Positions 1-12,720 are shown, numbered from the stretch's first letter. The stretch is 64,000 nt of DNA from Octopus sinensis (GCF_006345805.1 NC_043011.1:44528464-44592463); one strand, 5' to 3'. A program made the numbers and translations. The notes: generated from the letters alone by a model not told the origin.

Positions 1-139
1 TCGGACTGAATTCGGTAAAGATCGTTATTTGCCGTACATTTGGCTGTCAAATAAAAGTGAAAGAATGGTTTCTTTTGAAACTAAAAGTTGTGTTTTTTAC
101 TCTCTCTCTTTCTCTCTCTCTCTCTTCTCTCTCTCTCTT

Positions 140-191
<52 letters not shown>

Positions 192-232
192 ATATTTTTG
201 TTTTCAGAAGACATTCAGACGTGGACATGCAT

Positions 233-268
<36 letters not shown>

Positions 269-590
269 TGTGTCTATGTGTCTGTGTGTGTGTCTGTGTC
301 TGTGTCTGTGTGTGTGTGTGTGTGTGTGGCGTATTGTGTGCGTATGCATGTGTGTAAATACCCTTTCATTAAAGATTCCCATAATGCCCAATATAGGCAC
401 GACTCTCAAGTTATACTCACGCTGTAATTGATGTAAGTATATTTGTGTTCCGGTTCTCATTGAAAGGAGAAACACGGTTCAAAAATTTTTTTTTCTTATT
501 AAAGTTTATAGATTATATAATAACGTAAAAGTAGATACAGGAATTTATCCACAGCCATTTAAATTTTAATCCACAGAGATTTTAATCCAT

Positions 591-1135
591 AAGCGCAGGA
601 GTAGTTGTGTGGTAAGTAGCTTGCTTACGAACTACATCGTTTCGGGTTCAGTCCCACTGCGTGGCACCTTGGGCAAGTATCCTCTACTGGATCTTTACTG
701 TTTGACTTACAGATTTAAAAAATATTTTTTTGTAACTAAACACTTTCAAACTTCGGACACTGGTAGAATGTGTCATATAAAACATCTTTTACTCTTAGCA
801 TTTTTGAGAAAAACGTGTATATTTACGAAGTTATTTCACGTTAAAGTTCTCGTATTTCGGTAATTTCAACCAATCAATGACGTGTATTCAGCTGAATAAA
901 ATTACTGCCGTTGTTTTGTCAACAACAACTATCGGCGGTGTATTTTTCGTTTGTCGCTGTTATTTATGACATCGTTCGTGCGTTTGTACTGGTTTTAAGG
1001 TTTTAGGGTTAGCGTTAGGATTTTAAGCTTATAAAGAATAAGTCCTGGGGTCGATTTGCTCGACTAAAGGCAGTGCTCCAGCATGACCACGGTCAAATGA
1101 CTGAAACAAGTGAAAGAGTAAAAGAGTAGAGAAAA
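591..1135 (+). mobile_element. SINE family A head (591-687) and tail (1026-1135) separated by an unrelated ~340 bp repeat with a TTAGGG-like end
   Basis: Head and tail match the full copy at 5511-5981; the middle is replaced. Confidence 0.7.
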
Positions 1136-1347
1136 AGAACTGTAGTAGAGGAAAACCGAAAAGACATGGAAAGAAGCAATGAAAACTATATTTCTCTGAA
1201 TACTGAGTATCTCTGAAAGGAAATGACTACAAGCGACGAGAAGCTTTATTGGAAAAGAACTGTCCAGTCTATGTAAGCATGGGATGACGGGTGAAACATG
1301 ATGAGGAGGACAATAACAACCGCATTGTTGTTGAGTACGTATCAAGT

Positions 1348-1975
1348 GGAGGCGCAAAGGCCCAGTGGTTAGGGCAGTGGATTTGCAATCATAGGATTGC
1401 GGCTTCGATTCCCAGACTGTTGTGAAAGTGAGTGCTTACTGAGCGAAAACACTTAAAGTTCCACGAGGCTCCGGCAGGTGGGGGTGGCGAATCCTGCTGT
1501 GCTTTTTCACCACAACTTTCTCTCGCTCTTTCTTCCTGTTTCTTATTTCTTTATTGCCTACAAGGGGCTAAACATAGAGGGGACAAACAAGGACAGACAA
1601 ACGGATTAAGTCGATTACATCGACCCCAGTGCGTGACTGGTACTTAATTTATCGACCCCGAAAGGATGAAAGGCAAAGTCGACCTCGGCAGAATTTGAAC
1701 TCAGTACGTAACGGCAGACGAAATACCGCTAAGCATTTCGTCAGCATGCTAACGTTTCTGCCAGCTCGCCTCTTTCTTCCCCTTTCTGCTGTACCTGTAT
1801 TTCAAGGGGCCAGCCTTGTTACACTCTCTGTCACGCTGAATCTACCCGAGAACTACGTTAGGGGTACACGTGTTTGTGGCGTGCTCAGTCACTTGTACGT
1901 TAATTTCACGTGTAGAGATTGTTCCGTTGATTGGATCAACTGGAACTCTCGTCGTCGTAACCGACGGAGTGCCGT
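1348..1975 (+). mobile_element. tRNA-derived SINE family C (OR-like) with a nested family B SINE
   Basis: tRNA-like head with A and B boxes; perfect 14-bp TSD AGTACGTATCAAGT (1334-1347 and 1976-1989). Confidence 0.88.
1543..1770 (-). mobile_element. SINE family B nested in family C
   Basis: Matches other B copies (core gcctttcatcctttcggggtcgataaattaagtaccag); imperfect TSD TCTTTCTTCC..TTTC. Confidence 0.85.
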
Positions 1976-2042
1976 AGTACGTATCAAGTCCGATTAAGTC
2001 ACTGTACACGGTTCAATAAAAAGTAGCTCTTACAATATCCGT

Positions 2043-2290
2043 TAAGGCGGCGAGCCAGCTGAATAGTTAGCACGCCGGACAAAATGCTTAGCGGTATTTC
2101 GTCCGTCTTTATGTTCTGAGTTCAAATTCCGCCCAGGTCAACTTTGCATTTCATCCTTACGGAAGGTCGATAAAATAAGTAGCAGTTGAGCAATGGGGAT
2201 CGATACTATCGACTTACCCCACCACAGACACGCACACACACACCAGCACCACCACCATGATATTGCCGGCCTTGTACCAAAATTTGATCT
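2043..2290 (+). mobile_element. SINE family B
   Basis: aaggcggcgagc head, gagttcaaattc B-box and shared core. Confidence 0.8.
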
Positions 2291-2457
2291 AATGTATCGT
2301 AGGCCTTGCAATGTCCACTGTCTCCCTCGTTTTACCAAGAAGGTAACAATTTATGGTAAGATAACGCATTGCAACACTGATGGTTCTGTGTGTGTGTGTG
2401 TGTGTGTGGTGTGTGTGTGTGTGTGTTGTGTGTGTGTGTGTGTGTGTGTGTTATCTC

Positions 2458-2655
2458 AGGTCGCTCGTGAGTGCTACTGGTAACATGTAATCCAGTACAA
2501 CCTGTTGCATGGTCGGATCGTCAGTGACTAAACTGGCAACCCCTTCAGGGGCTTTCTTGGTGAGGAGGGTATTTGTTGGACACCCTGCGGAATGAAAAAT
2601 AAGACCCGTCAAAGGGCTGAGGAAATCATGAGCAGTCAACGTCCGTCCAACAAAA
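2458..2655 (+). mobile_element. Repeat resembling a LINE 5'-UTR-derived element, next to a (GT)n tract
   Basis: GC-richer structured block lying upstream of the RTE ORF in the same orientation. Family assignment is by resemblance only. Confidence 0.3.
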
Positions 2656-3189
2656 TATCTATAAATAAGTATATATCCTTTTGTTTTTATGAATGAGCTA
2701 CTCTGAATCGGACACCGGAGTAATATTTGATCACTTTACAGAGTGTTTGAATGTCGGTTTAGTGTCTGGAATGGCACAGCTTACCTCATGGGTAGGCAGA
2801 AGTTCTGTAACCTTAGTTGGTAATCTACCTAAGAGAAGGAAATCTCCGAAATAAAACCTGATGCCTTTGTCAATTTTCATGCCACACCGGTGAAAATCTT
2901 CTTGGACCAATAGAGGGGGTAGTGCAGTGCAAGCTACACCCACTGAAAATTATTCATCTGCACAGGTACTTCCTGTACAGTAAATCTTAGTAAAGTCATT
3001 AAATTGGTTGGTTGGCAGAAACCTAAAAATGCACTTGTAACTTACTCTAAAATGTCTCAAACAGATTCAATAAATGGCAAAAGAAAAAGGCTTGGCAACG
3101 TCAGGGAATCGGGTCTGGCTCGGCAGGTGTCCCAGTGTATCACAGGCTGGGTCCGGTCGTCCTCCTCCCACTGTGGTCAAACAATCTCC

Positions 3190-5145
3190 AAGAAAAAGTA
3201 AAAAGAAATATCCTTTGAATTTTGACTGTTGGAATAGTCGCACACTTCTTGGTAATAATTTCAACAAGAGTTGGTAATAATTTCTGTTAATGAGTTTTAA
3301 TCTATTTTACTCGTTTCAGTCATTTAACTGTGGCCATATTGGAGCACTACCTTTAGTCGAGCAATTCGACCCCAGGACTTATTCTTTGTAAGCCTAGTTA
3401 CGAGGACAAACACAGACACACAAACATATACACACACACACACAGACACACAAACATATACACACACACACATAAATATATATACATACGACGAGCTTCT
3501 TTCAGTTTCCGTCTACCAAATCCACTCACAAGGCTTTGGTCGGCCCAAGGCAATAGTAGAAGACATTTTCCCAAGGTGCCATGCAGTGGGACTGAACCCG
3601 GAACCATGTGGTTCGTAAGCAAGCTACTTACCACACAGCCACTCCTACGCCTGTTAATGAATATTCTTTATTTACATTATAAGTTTTGTATACATCGCTA
3701 TAATGTGAATCAACATGAATTTATATGGGTGGAATTGCGCGAAAAATTACACAGATGTGTAGAATGATCCGGTGGTGATGCTGTGCTTTGTATTTTTTCA
3801 TAGCTCCCATGGTTACCATGGCCAGAAAGCTGTACAGCACTTATTGCATGTGAGCTTAGGAAATATTCCCTTGATATAGTTGCACTCTCTGAAACTCGTC
3901 TCTCTGGTGAGGGTCAAATAAATGAACCTACTTATGGATATACTATCTTTTCGAGAGGCCTACCTGAGGGTCAACGTAGAGAATCTGGTGTTGGGATTGC
4001 TCTCAAGAACTCATTAGTATCCTCCATTGCAGAGCTTCCAAGTGGTGTATCTGAACGAACCATGCCATGCCGTATAAAACTGACAAGAGGTAGGTTTCTT
4101 ACCGTTGTCAGTGTTTATGCACCAACAATGTCTCATTCTGATGAAACTGTAGGACAGTTTTATGACGATCTAGTACAATTATGAAGAAAAGTACTAATTA
4201 TTGAGAAAAGTACAAGCTGGTCATATTGGGAGATATCAACGCAAGAATTGGAAATGACTACGTTTCATGGCCTGTTTTAGGCCGACATGGGAGTGGAAAA
4301 TTTAATAAAAATGGAGTAGTTCTTTTGACGTTTTGTACTGAGAATAATCTGGTTGTTACCAACACTCTATTTAAGCAGAAAAATAGATATAAAATCACCT
4401 GGATGCACCCAAGATCTAAAGACTGGCTTCTCATAAATTATATTTTGATCAGAAAGCGTGATATGAAGGATGTTTCATGCGTTTGGGCTATGAGTGGAGC
4501 AGAGAGCTGGACTGACCATCATCTAGTGCGTGGAAAAATTAATTTTTCGGTAATACATAAAATCGACAGTATCCAGAAAGTTAAATATAGCAAACATTAA
4601 ATTATCAAGCAACTTGCAAAGACTCCACGATGTTATAAAAAGTATCAATCTTGACCCAAACAATCTATGGGAAGATTTCAAAACAAAAGTATCTCAGACT
4701 TCGTCAGTAGGATTTAAATCACATAAGTCCAGTGACTGGTTCTCGGACAGATCAGCAGAAATTCATGATCTGCTTTTAGAAAAACAGAATTTAGGCAATA
4801 CACTTCTTTCTCAGTCCTTGAACCCCAACCCAAACGAAGCTTACAGAAAGCTGAAAGGGAAAGTGCAGACTGCTCTAAGGAAAATTAAACAGGAATGGTG
4901 GAATGATAGATCAAAAGGGGCACAAGAAGCAGCTCATAGAAATAATGTCAAGAGTTTGTACTCTTATGTTAAGGAGGTATGCGGCCAAAAATCTTCTTCA
5001 ATAGCTCCAGTGATAACAGCAAATAGACATTTGCTTCTGACTGACACCGCTTCTATTCATAAGCGCCGGGTAGAATATTTTTCTGCACTTTTAAAAAGAC
5101 CATCATCAGCTGACATGCGGATGATAATAAGAAGAGATGGCATTT
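3190..5145 (+). mobile_element. Decayed RTE-clade LINE, APE endonuclease half (interrupted by a SINE at 3308-3652)
   Basis: Translations LNFDCWNSRTLL, TALIACELRKYSLDIVALSETRL, VSVYAPT, GDINARIG, TWMHPRSK and WTDHHLV are diagnostic APE motifs. Stops and frameshifts are present. Confidence 0.9.
3308..3651 (-). mobile_element. SINE family A (Meta-domain-like core, internal microsatellite), internally deleted
   Basis: Matches 5511-5981; flanking CTGTTAATGA is repeated (probable TSD). Confidence 0.85.
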
Positions 5146-5149
5146 AAAC

Positions 5150-5510
5150 CAACTCTAAATGACATTTATTTAGCTTGCAGACCTGTTTCAGAATGACTGA
5201 CAAGATCGCAATCGTCAGCGTATAAAGGTTCCCTAATGAGTGAAGTGAAAACCTTCGTTTGGAATTTCAGTCTGGTCAGATTAAAGACATTCCCTGTTGT
5301 TCGATATGTTATGTAAATACTCTCCTCAGAGTTTTGAAAAACGTGTGACAACACAACAGCAAAATATATTGCAAAGAGGATAGGTGCATCAAGGTCTCCT
5401 TGCTTTACTCCATTTTTCCACGACAAAAGATTCAGAGAGCCTACCAGGAAAATTAACTCGAGCTTTCATATCTTGATGCAAAGCCCTGATCATGTTTACA
5501 AATTTTTCTG
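5150..5510 (-). mobile_element. RTE-clade reverse transcriptase fragment, opposite in orientation to the adjacent endonuclease part
   Basis: KFVNMIRALHQDM...GVKQGD..APILFAIYF...LYADDCDLV are RT motifs. Confidence 0.9.
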
Positions 5511-5675
5511 AGCGCAGGAGTGGCAGTGTGGTAAGTTGCTTGCTTAACAACCACATGGTTCCGGGTTCAGACCCCTGCGTGGCACCTTGGGCAAGTGTTT
5601 TCTACTATAACCTCGGGCCAACCATAGCCTTGTGAGTGGATTTGGTAGACGGAAACTGAAAGAAGCCCATCGGTA

Positions 5676-5767
<92 letters not shown>

Positions 5768-5981
5768 TGTGTGTCTGTGTTTGTACCCCCAACATCGCTT
5801 GACAACCGATGCTGGTGTGTTTATGCCCCCGTTTATGTAACTTAGTGGTTCGACAAAATTGACCGATAGAATAAGTACTAGGCTTACAAAGAATAAATCC
5901 TGGGGTCGATTTGCTCGACTAAAAGCGGTGCTCCAGCATGGCCACAGTCACATGACTGAAACAAGTAAAAGAGTAAAAGAG
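5511..5981 (+). mobile_element. Full-length SINE family A with internal (TA)n(TG)n
   Basis: tRNA-like head (gggttcaga), core gccttgtgagtggatttggtagacggaaactg, tail actgaaacaagtaaaagagtaaaagag. More than 12 copies in the window. Confidence 0.9.
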
Positions 5982-6575
5982 CAAAGAGTGCCAAATCTGG
6001 AAGTGACCACACTTCTTCATGATCACGAAATTTGTTTCGCGACGCATCTTCATGAAGATATGAACTGTCACTAACCTTTTTGGCAAGCATCCATCGCTCT
6101 TCTATAGTCTGCGTACAGATGCTGTCATTGTTTGAGTCAACAAAATTGTGTGAATAGTTCTTAAGTATACAAAATGTAGTAAGGAGAAACACAAATAAGA
6201 AAGAAGAAAACAAAGGACCACTGATGCGGTCACAGGAGTGTGACGAAAGAACTCTGGCCGAAATAAGATTAAGATTAATGTAAAAAATAAATAACACTGA
6301 AGCAAAGTAACACCAAATATATAGTGCGTGTGTTTTTATTGGCTAAACTGGCAAAATGACCATTCCGAAATATAACAAATTCTTAAGTATAGTTATCGAG
6401 ATCCACGTAGGAAGCCAAACCGTCGGATATTAAACGTGTTCCTGACAATATCCATTGTTTTATAATGGACGGAGTGGTTCGTACGTGCATCCGGAGGCCT
6501 TAACCAAACAGCAGTTTTCAGTAATCCTTTCAGCTATTATTTCTGAAATATTTGAATTTATCACTAGAAAACAGT

Positions 6576-6958
6576 GTGGAAGCACTCCGTCGGTTACGAC
6601 GACGAGGGTTCCGGTTGATCCGAATCAACGGAACAGCCTGCTCGTGAAATTAACGTGTAAGTGGCTGAGCACTCCACAGACACGCATACCCTTAACGTAT
6701 TCTCGGGGATATTCAGCGTGACACAGAGAGTGACAAGGCCGGCCCTTTGAATACAGGTACAACACAGAAACAGGAAGTAAGAGTGAGAGAAAGTTGTGGT
6801 GAAGAGTACAGCAGGGATCACCACCATCCCCTGCCGGAGCCTCGTGGAGCTTTAGGTGTTTTTGCTCAATAACACTCACAACGCCCGGTCTGGGAATCGA
6901 AACCGCGATCCTATGACCGCGAGTCCACTGCCCTAACCACTGGACCATTGCGCCTCCA
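6576..6958 (-). mobile_element. Full-length SINE family C
   Basis: Perfect 14-bp TSD CACTAGAAAACAGT (6562-6575 and 6959-6972). Confidence 0.9.
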
Positions 6959-7133
6959 CACTAGAAAACAGTACGCATATAAGTTCTGTGGAAATAACAT
7001 AATGAAGGAGTTCATTATGTTCTTTTCATGAAATTTTGGTCACTCATTATCCTCACTTCCTTTGTCTATATCAATTTACTTTCACTTTTAAAACAATTTA
7101 CGTTCACTTTTTTTACAACCGTAAACTGCATAC

Positions 7134-7759
7134 TCTCTTTTACTCTTTTACTTGTTTCAGTCATTTGACTGTGGCCATGCTGGAGCACCGCCTTTAGTCG
7201 AGCAAATCGACACCAGGACTTATTCTTTGTAAGCCTAGTACTTATTCTATCGGGCTCTTTTGCCGAACTGCTAAGTTACGGGGTACTAAACACACCAGCA
7301 TTGGTTGTTAAGCGATGTTGGAGTGGGGGACAAACACAGACACATACTTATTTATATATATACATATATACGACGGGCTTGTTTCAGTTTCCGTCTACCA
7401 AATCCTCTCACAAGACTTTGGTCGGCCCGAGGCTATAGCAGAAGACGCCCAAGGTGCCACGCAGTGGGACTGAACCCAGAACCTATTTCTTTACTACCCA
7501 CAAAGGGCTAAACACAGAATGGACAAACAAGGACAGACAAACGGATTAAGTCGATTATATCGACCCCAGATCGTAAATGGTACTTAATTTATCGACCCCG
7601 AAAGGATGAAAGGCAAATTTGAACTCAGAACATAACGGCAGACGAAATATGGCTTCGCATTTCGCCCGGCATGCTAACGTTTCTGCCAGCTCACCGCCTT
7701 GAACCCGGAACCATGTGGTTGGTAAGCAAGCTACTTACTACACAGCCACTCCTACGCCT
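7134..7759 (-). mobile_element. SINE family A with a nested family B SINE (about 7484-7699)
   Basis: The nested insertion is flanked by the 13-bp TSD TGAACCC(A/G)GAACC. Confidence 0.88.
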
Positions 7760-7994
7760 GTTCACTTAGTTTACATGTTATATTGAAAATATGTACGTTT
7801 TGTACACTGGTCATGTCACAAATATCGTTTACATCAAATTATGATGTCATTGGCGTCCCTTTCGTTTCCTAAAGTAAATTCCTTTCATCATCTTTCAGAC
7901 AATTTACCATAAACACTCCTCTCGGCTCTCTCATCGTTGACCCAGTGATATATCCAAGGTGTGACAACTGGAGGGAGGGGGGAGAAGTGAATCA

Positions 7995-8150
7995 ATATTG
8001 GACTTGTATTCGTTTTACAGCTGAGTACAACAGACCGACGTCAAATGATATATATTTTGCTCGAGGACAGTACGCATCGCCCGGTGCAGGAGTCGAACCC
8101 GCGACTTTGTGCTCGAAATCAGCACGCAATAATACTACGGGCCTTCACGC
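7995..8150 (-). mobile_element. Old tRNA-derived SINE (head plus core)
   Basis: T-arm GCGGGTTCGACTCCTGC followed by tgtcctcgagcaaaa..., like the SINE bodies at 52977-53302 and 56740-56990. Confidence 0.55.
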
Positions 8151-8282
8151 AATAAACCAGTCAGCATGTTATAAAAGGGGAAGAGGTGGGGAGACAGAGA
8201 GAGACAAAGAAGGAAAGAAAGAAGGAAAGAAGCGTGTGTTGATAGAAAAGGCACGACTGAACTGTCATTCTTGCTTGTGTGA

Positions 8283-8284
<2 letters not shown>

Positions 8285-8315
<31 letters not shown>

Positions 8316-8460
8316 TGTATGATGTATGTATCTGTGTGTGTGTATGTATGTATGTGTGTATGTATGTATGTATGTATGTATGTATGTATGTATGTATCTG
8401 TGTGTGTGTGTATGTATGTATGTGTGTATGTATGTATGTATGTAATGTATGTATGTATGA

Positions 8461-8491
<31 letters not shown>

Positions 8492-8510
8492 ATGTATGTA
8501 TGTATGTATA

Positions 8511-8569
<59 letters not shown>

Positions 8570-8965
8570 TAATGCGTATCTGAATATACAAGTTTATGTT
8601 TATTTGTGTATAAGCATATGTATATACACAAACACCTGACATCATTCACAAAAGCCCGCCATTTTCTTGACTGACAATATTCTTACGCACCACACACACA
8701 TACACACAAACACTCACACACATACACACGCACGCACACACGTACATACATACATACATACATACATACATACATACATACATACACACACACATACACA
8801 CACACATACATACATAAACATAATACTACATACATACATACATACATACACACATACATACATACATACATACATACATACATACATACACACATACATA
8901 CATACATACATACATACATACATACATACATACATACATACATACATACATACATACATACATGC
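8285..8965. repeat. (ATGT)n/(TG)n tract followed by the complementary (ACAT)n/(CA)n tract
   Basis: Direct reading. Confidence 0.95.
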
Positions 8966-9496
8966 ATGTGCTCACACATATGACGTAGATTCATACATAG
9001 GTACATATTCTTCAACTAGAGAACCTCTACATGGTCGTTAAATGTGCTAGAAATAGGAGACAATAAATTTTGAAATGACAACCTGCTGTCTTTAAAAAAA
9101 AAACGAACCATTGGATGATGTAGTCTTAGATACACTATGCCTGAAGAGAAGATGGGTAGGTCACAGCTTCAACACCATTAATCATTCATTCATTCATACA
9201 TTCATTCGTTCGTTCATCGCTCGGTTCACCACTTGGATGAGGGACCAGGGATGCGGACTCCTGTTACTGAGAGCCTATGAAGGTATTGAGAACTGCTGGC
9301 TTTTCTCACTTGGCCACATCAGAGCTGGCCTTGGGTTAAACAGCAATAACATCGATGCGTAGAAAGGTAATAGTCCTGTCCCTTCCTTGTTGGTGGCACA
9401 CGACAAGAGAAAAAGAATAAAGAAAGTGCAACTAACATATATTATATATATATATCATCATATACACACACACGATAAACACAATTTGCATATTAT

Positions 9497-9554
<58 letters not shown>

Positions 9555-9716
9555 TGGCACACAAAGCTCTAATACTTGCTCACAAACATATTTCTTCTTT
9601 CTTGTATATATAAACACAATATACATGTGCATATGTACGTTTATAATATACGTATAATATACATCACGTATACACACATATGCAGACACGCATATTTATA
9701 TAGACATACATAAATG

Positions 9717-9749
<33 letters not shown>

Positions 9750-10177
9750 GATAGAGAGAGAGAGAGAACTACAATATACATACACATATCCATGCATATA
9801 TACACGCATAGCCGTAATTTTTTGTATATATATGTTAATTTGATAAGTGCCAACGCACGAAACTGTCGGCCCTTGAGTCACTATATTGTTGTCACTAAAC
9901 ATTACAAATATACGTACATCTAATATTCTACACACAAATATATACATGCGTAGATACAGTGACACAAATCAATACCACCTTACATACGTCGCCATTCTAT
10001 GTTGACTATATATAAATGTATTGCATCTTATTGTCTATTGTTAATGTATGTACATATATCTACACATTCATATATGACATGTGTATAAATATTGTGTATA
10101 CACCCATAAATCGGTGACATACTATACACCTAGCAAGTAGCTTTATAAATCTAAACAACGTTCGCTTCGAAGTTGTT

Positions 10178-10275
10178 GCCTCCGTGGCCTAATGGATAAG
10201 GCACCGGCCTCCTAATATATCCTCATGGTGGTAGAAGTAAGCCGGGGATTGCGGGTTCGAGTCCCGTCGGAGGTG
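10178..10275 (+). tRNA. trnR-CCT: tRNA-Arg(CCT) with a 25-nt intron (10215-10239)
   Basis: Full cloverleaf: acceptor GCCTCCG/CGGAGGT, D-stem GCCT/AGGC, anticodon stem CCGGC/GCCGG, loop CT-CCT-A[intron]A, T-arm GCGGG-TTCGAGT-CCCGT. Mature length 73 nt. Intron at the canonical 37/38 position. TATAAA about 34 nt upstream and a T4 run about 20 nt downstream. Confidence 0.93.
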
Positions 10276-10861
10276 CTTTGATGAAATGCTCATCCTTTTA
10301 AATTTCAATTTCACTCGTTATCTACAATGTGGCATTTTAAGTACCTGCAATCAAATTTGATTTCATGAACAGCTCGCTCATATATTATATGTAGTGTTTT
10401 GGCTGATATCTTTACGATGATTTCTATCTTCCAGATCAGTCCTCATCGAAAACAGTTCGATGATTGATTATATATGTTCTACCCGTGACCTTCCCCCCTG
10501 TTTTATTTATATTATTCATTCATTCTTCCAGAAGAGTGTATATAAAACTGCATCATTTGTACATACATTCAGTATTGATTTATCTCGTTGGTGTAAATCC
10601 ATCAAGGTCAGACCTGATCGAACAGGAATATGGTCAAACCCATTCCAGCCGTGGTCATCCCTTTTTCTTTTCTTTTTTTTTTTTTTTTTGTCCTACGTGC
10701 AGGAAACCCGGCGTCATATTATCTAATGTGTCCTTCTTAAAGACGATGAAAAGTGAGGGGAAATTTGGCTGTTATTTCTAGCGTATAGAATGACCATTTA
10801 GAGGCTCCCTCGCTGATTCACGGCGGTTCGATCTCGTAATGTTTACTGGGAGATATTGGTA

Positions 10862-10936
10862 ACTACTACTACTACTACTACTACTACAATATATTGCATT
10901 GGAAATATTGAAGTTATTTAAAAATTAATCGCTTTC

Positions 10937-10983
<47 letters not shown>

Positions 10984-11055
10984 GGTGGTGGTGGCAATAG
11001 TAGTAGTAGTACCAGCAGCAACAACAGTAGTAGTAGTAGTACCAGTAGTAACAAC

Positions 11056-11102
<47 letters not shown>

Positions 11103-11260
11103 CAGCAGCAGTAGTGGTGGTGGTCGTCGTCGTCGTCGTTGTCATAGTAGTAGTAGCAGCAGTAGTGGTGGTCGTCGTCGTCATAGTAGTAGTAGTAGTA
11201 GTAGTAGCAGCAGTAGTAGTGGTGGTGGTCGTCGTCATAGTAGTAGTAGCAGCAAAAACT

Positions 11261-11299
<39 letters not shown>

Positions 11300-11385
11300 A
11301 CAGCAGAGGCTGTAGTAGTAGTAGTAGCAGTACCACCAGTAGTAGTAGTAGTAGTAACAGCAGCAGCAGCAGCAGTAGTAGTAAT
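10862..11385. repeat. (ACT)n/(AGT)n trinucleotide array
   Basis: Direct reading. Confidence 0.95.
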
Positions 11386-11567
11386 AATTATCTGGAGATT
11401 CCAGGTGTCGGAATCCCTTGGGAAAAATCCTTTGTTTCCCCAAGTCCTTCTATTCGACTCAGTGATCACACATCAAACCAGGCTGGAGCAATGCCTTGTG
11501 TTAGATCTATTGTTTTCTTTTCAGCATTTTGTTTCCATCAATTTTCTTTCATTTTATTCACCACATA

Positions 11568-11734
11568 AATCATATTTTAACATGTATAAGGAACCCCCTA
11601 ATTTTGAGGGCTTAAAATTTGGAAAAAAGGTTTTCTAAGGGATTATAATACTATCCATGTATAAGAAACACTCATATTTTTTTTTATCTCATTTTTGACA
11701 AAAATGGGTTCCTTATACACGTTAAAGTACAGTA
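11568..11734. mobile_element. MITE (Tc1/mariner-pogo-like)
   Basis: Imperfect TIRs ..ttttaacatgtataaggaaccc / gggttccttatacacgttaaagtacagta. Confidence 0.6.
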
Positions 11735-11749
11735 CATATTTATGTGTGC

Positions 11750-11892
11750 ATGGTGTGATAAGAACTTTGCTTCCCAGCCACATGGTTCTGGGTTCAGTCC
11801 CATCATGTCTTCTACTAAAGCCATTGGCCGACCAAAACCTTGTGAGTGGATATGATAGACAGAAACTGAAAGAAGCCCATCGTGTGTGTGTG
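11750..11892 (+). mobile_element. Degenerate SINE family A 5' half
   Basis: gggttcagtccca head and ccttgtgagtgga core. Confidence 0.7.
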
Positions 11893-12099
11893 AATGTTTG
11901 GACTGGATATGGCTGGTTTAACCACTTAGCATTCAAATTACTCTGTCAAATGTAATGCTTATTTATTCAAATTGTTTTGAATTAATCCCGCATCATCTCG
12001 TAGCTTCTAGATTCTATGATGCAAATGTTTTTATTCTTTAGAATGATATTGTAGAGTAAGTGTTAGAGTCTGGCTGGTTTGATCATAGGGCAGACAGAA

Positions 12100-12720
12100 T
12101 ATCATGTATGGTTAGTTGCTAACACAGCCAAGTGTGTGTTTAATAACTAGACACATATGGGGTTGGTTGCTAACACAGCCAAATGTGTGGTTGGTTGTTA
12201 ACACAGCCACATGTGTGGTTGGTTGCTAACATAGCTACATGTGTGGTTGGTTGCTAACATAGCTACATGTGGGGTTAATTACTAGTCACATTTGTGGCTG
12301 GTTGCTAGCACAGCCAAATGTGATTGGTTGCTAATTGTAGAGTAAGTGTGTGGCTAATTGCTAAGTCACATGTATTGTTGGTTGCTAACACAACCACATG
12401 TGTGGTTAATTGCTAACAAAGTCAAATGTGGGATGGCTGCTGACAGTCACATGTATGACTGGTTGCTAACATAGCCAATGCAAAGTCGGTTGCTAATATA
12501 GTCGATTGCTAACACAACCACATGTGTAGTTGGGTTACCAACACAGCCACATGTATAGTCAATTGCTAACAGTCACATGTATGGTTGATTGCTGACATAA
12601 TTTCATGCTTGTTTGATTGCTAACACAGCAGCTACATGTATACTTTGATTGCTAACATAGCAACATGTGGTTGATTGCTAACAGGTGCACAATTGGTAGA
12701 CAGCTCATAAAACCACATGA
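12100..12720. repeat. About 29-bp minisatellite (tgtgtggttggttgctaacacagccacat)
   Basis: About 20 diverged units. Confidence 0.9.

Noticed and set aside
995-1022. Telomere-like ttagggttagcgttagg
   Set aside because: Only about 3 degenerate units at the end of an interspersed repeat.
2458-2655. Possible HDV-like ribozyme at the RTE 5' end
   Set aside because: Could not assign P1-P4 pairings by eye; unsupported without a covariance search.
8078-8145. Second tRNA-like fold on the minus strand (T-arm and a 5-bp stem with 7-nt loop)
   Set aside because: No proper D-arm or U33, and it continues into a SINE core; it is a SINE head.
10918-11638. Long poly-Thr/Val/Tyr ORFs
   Set aside because: Translations of an (AGT)n microsatellite.
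12100-12720. Regularly spaced repeats superficially like a CRISPR array
   Set aside because: Head-to-tail diverged units with no unique spacers, no cas genes, eukaryotic context.
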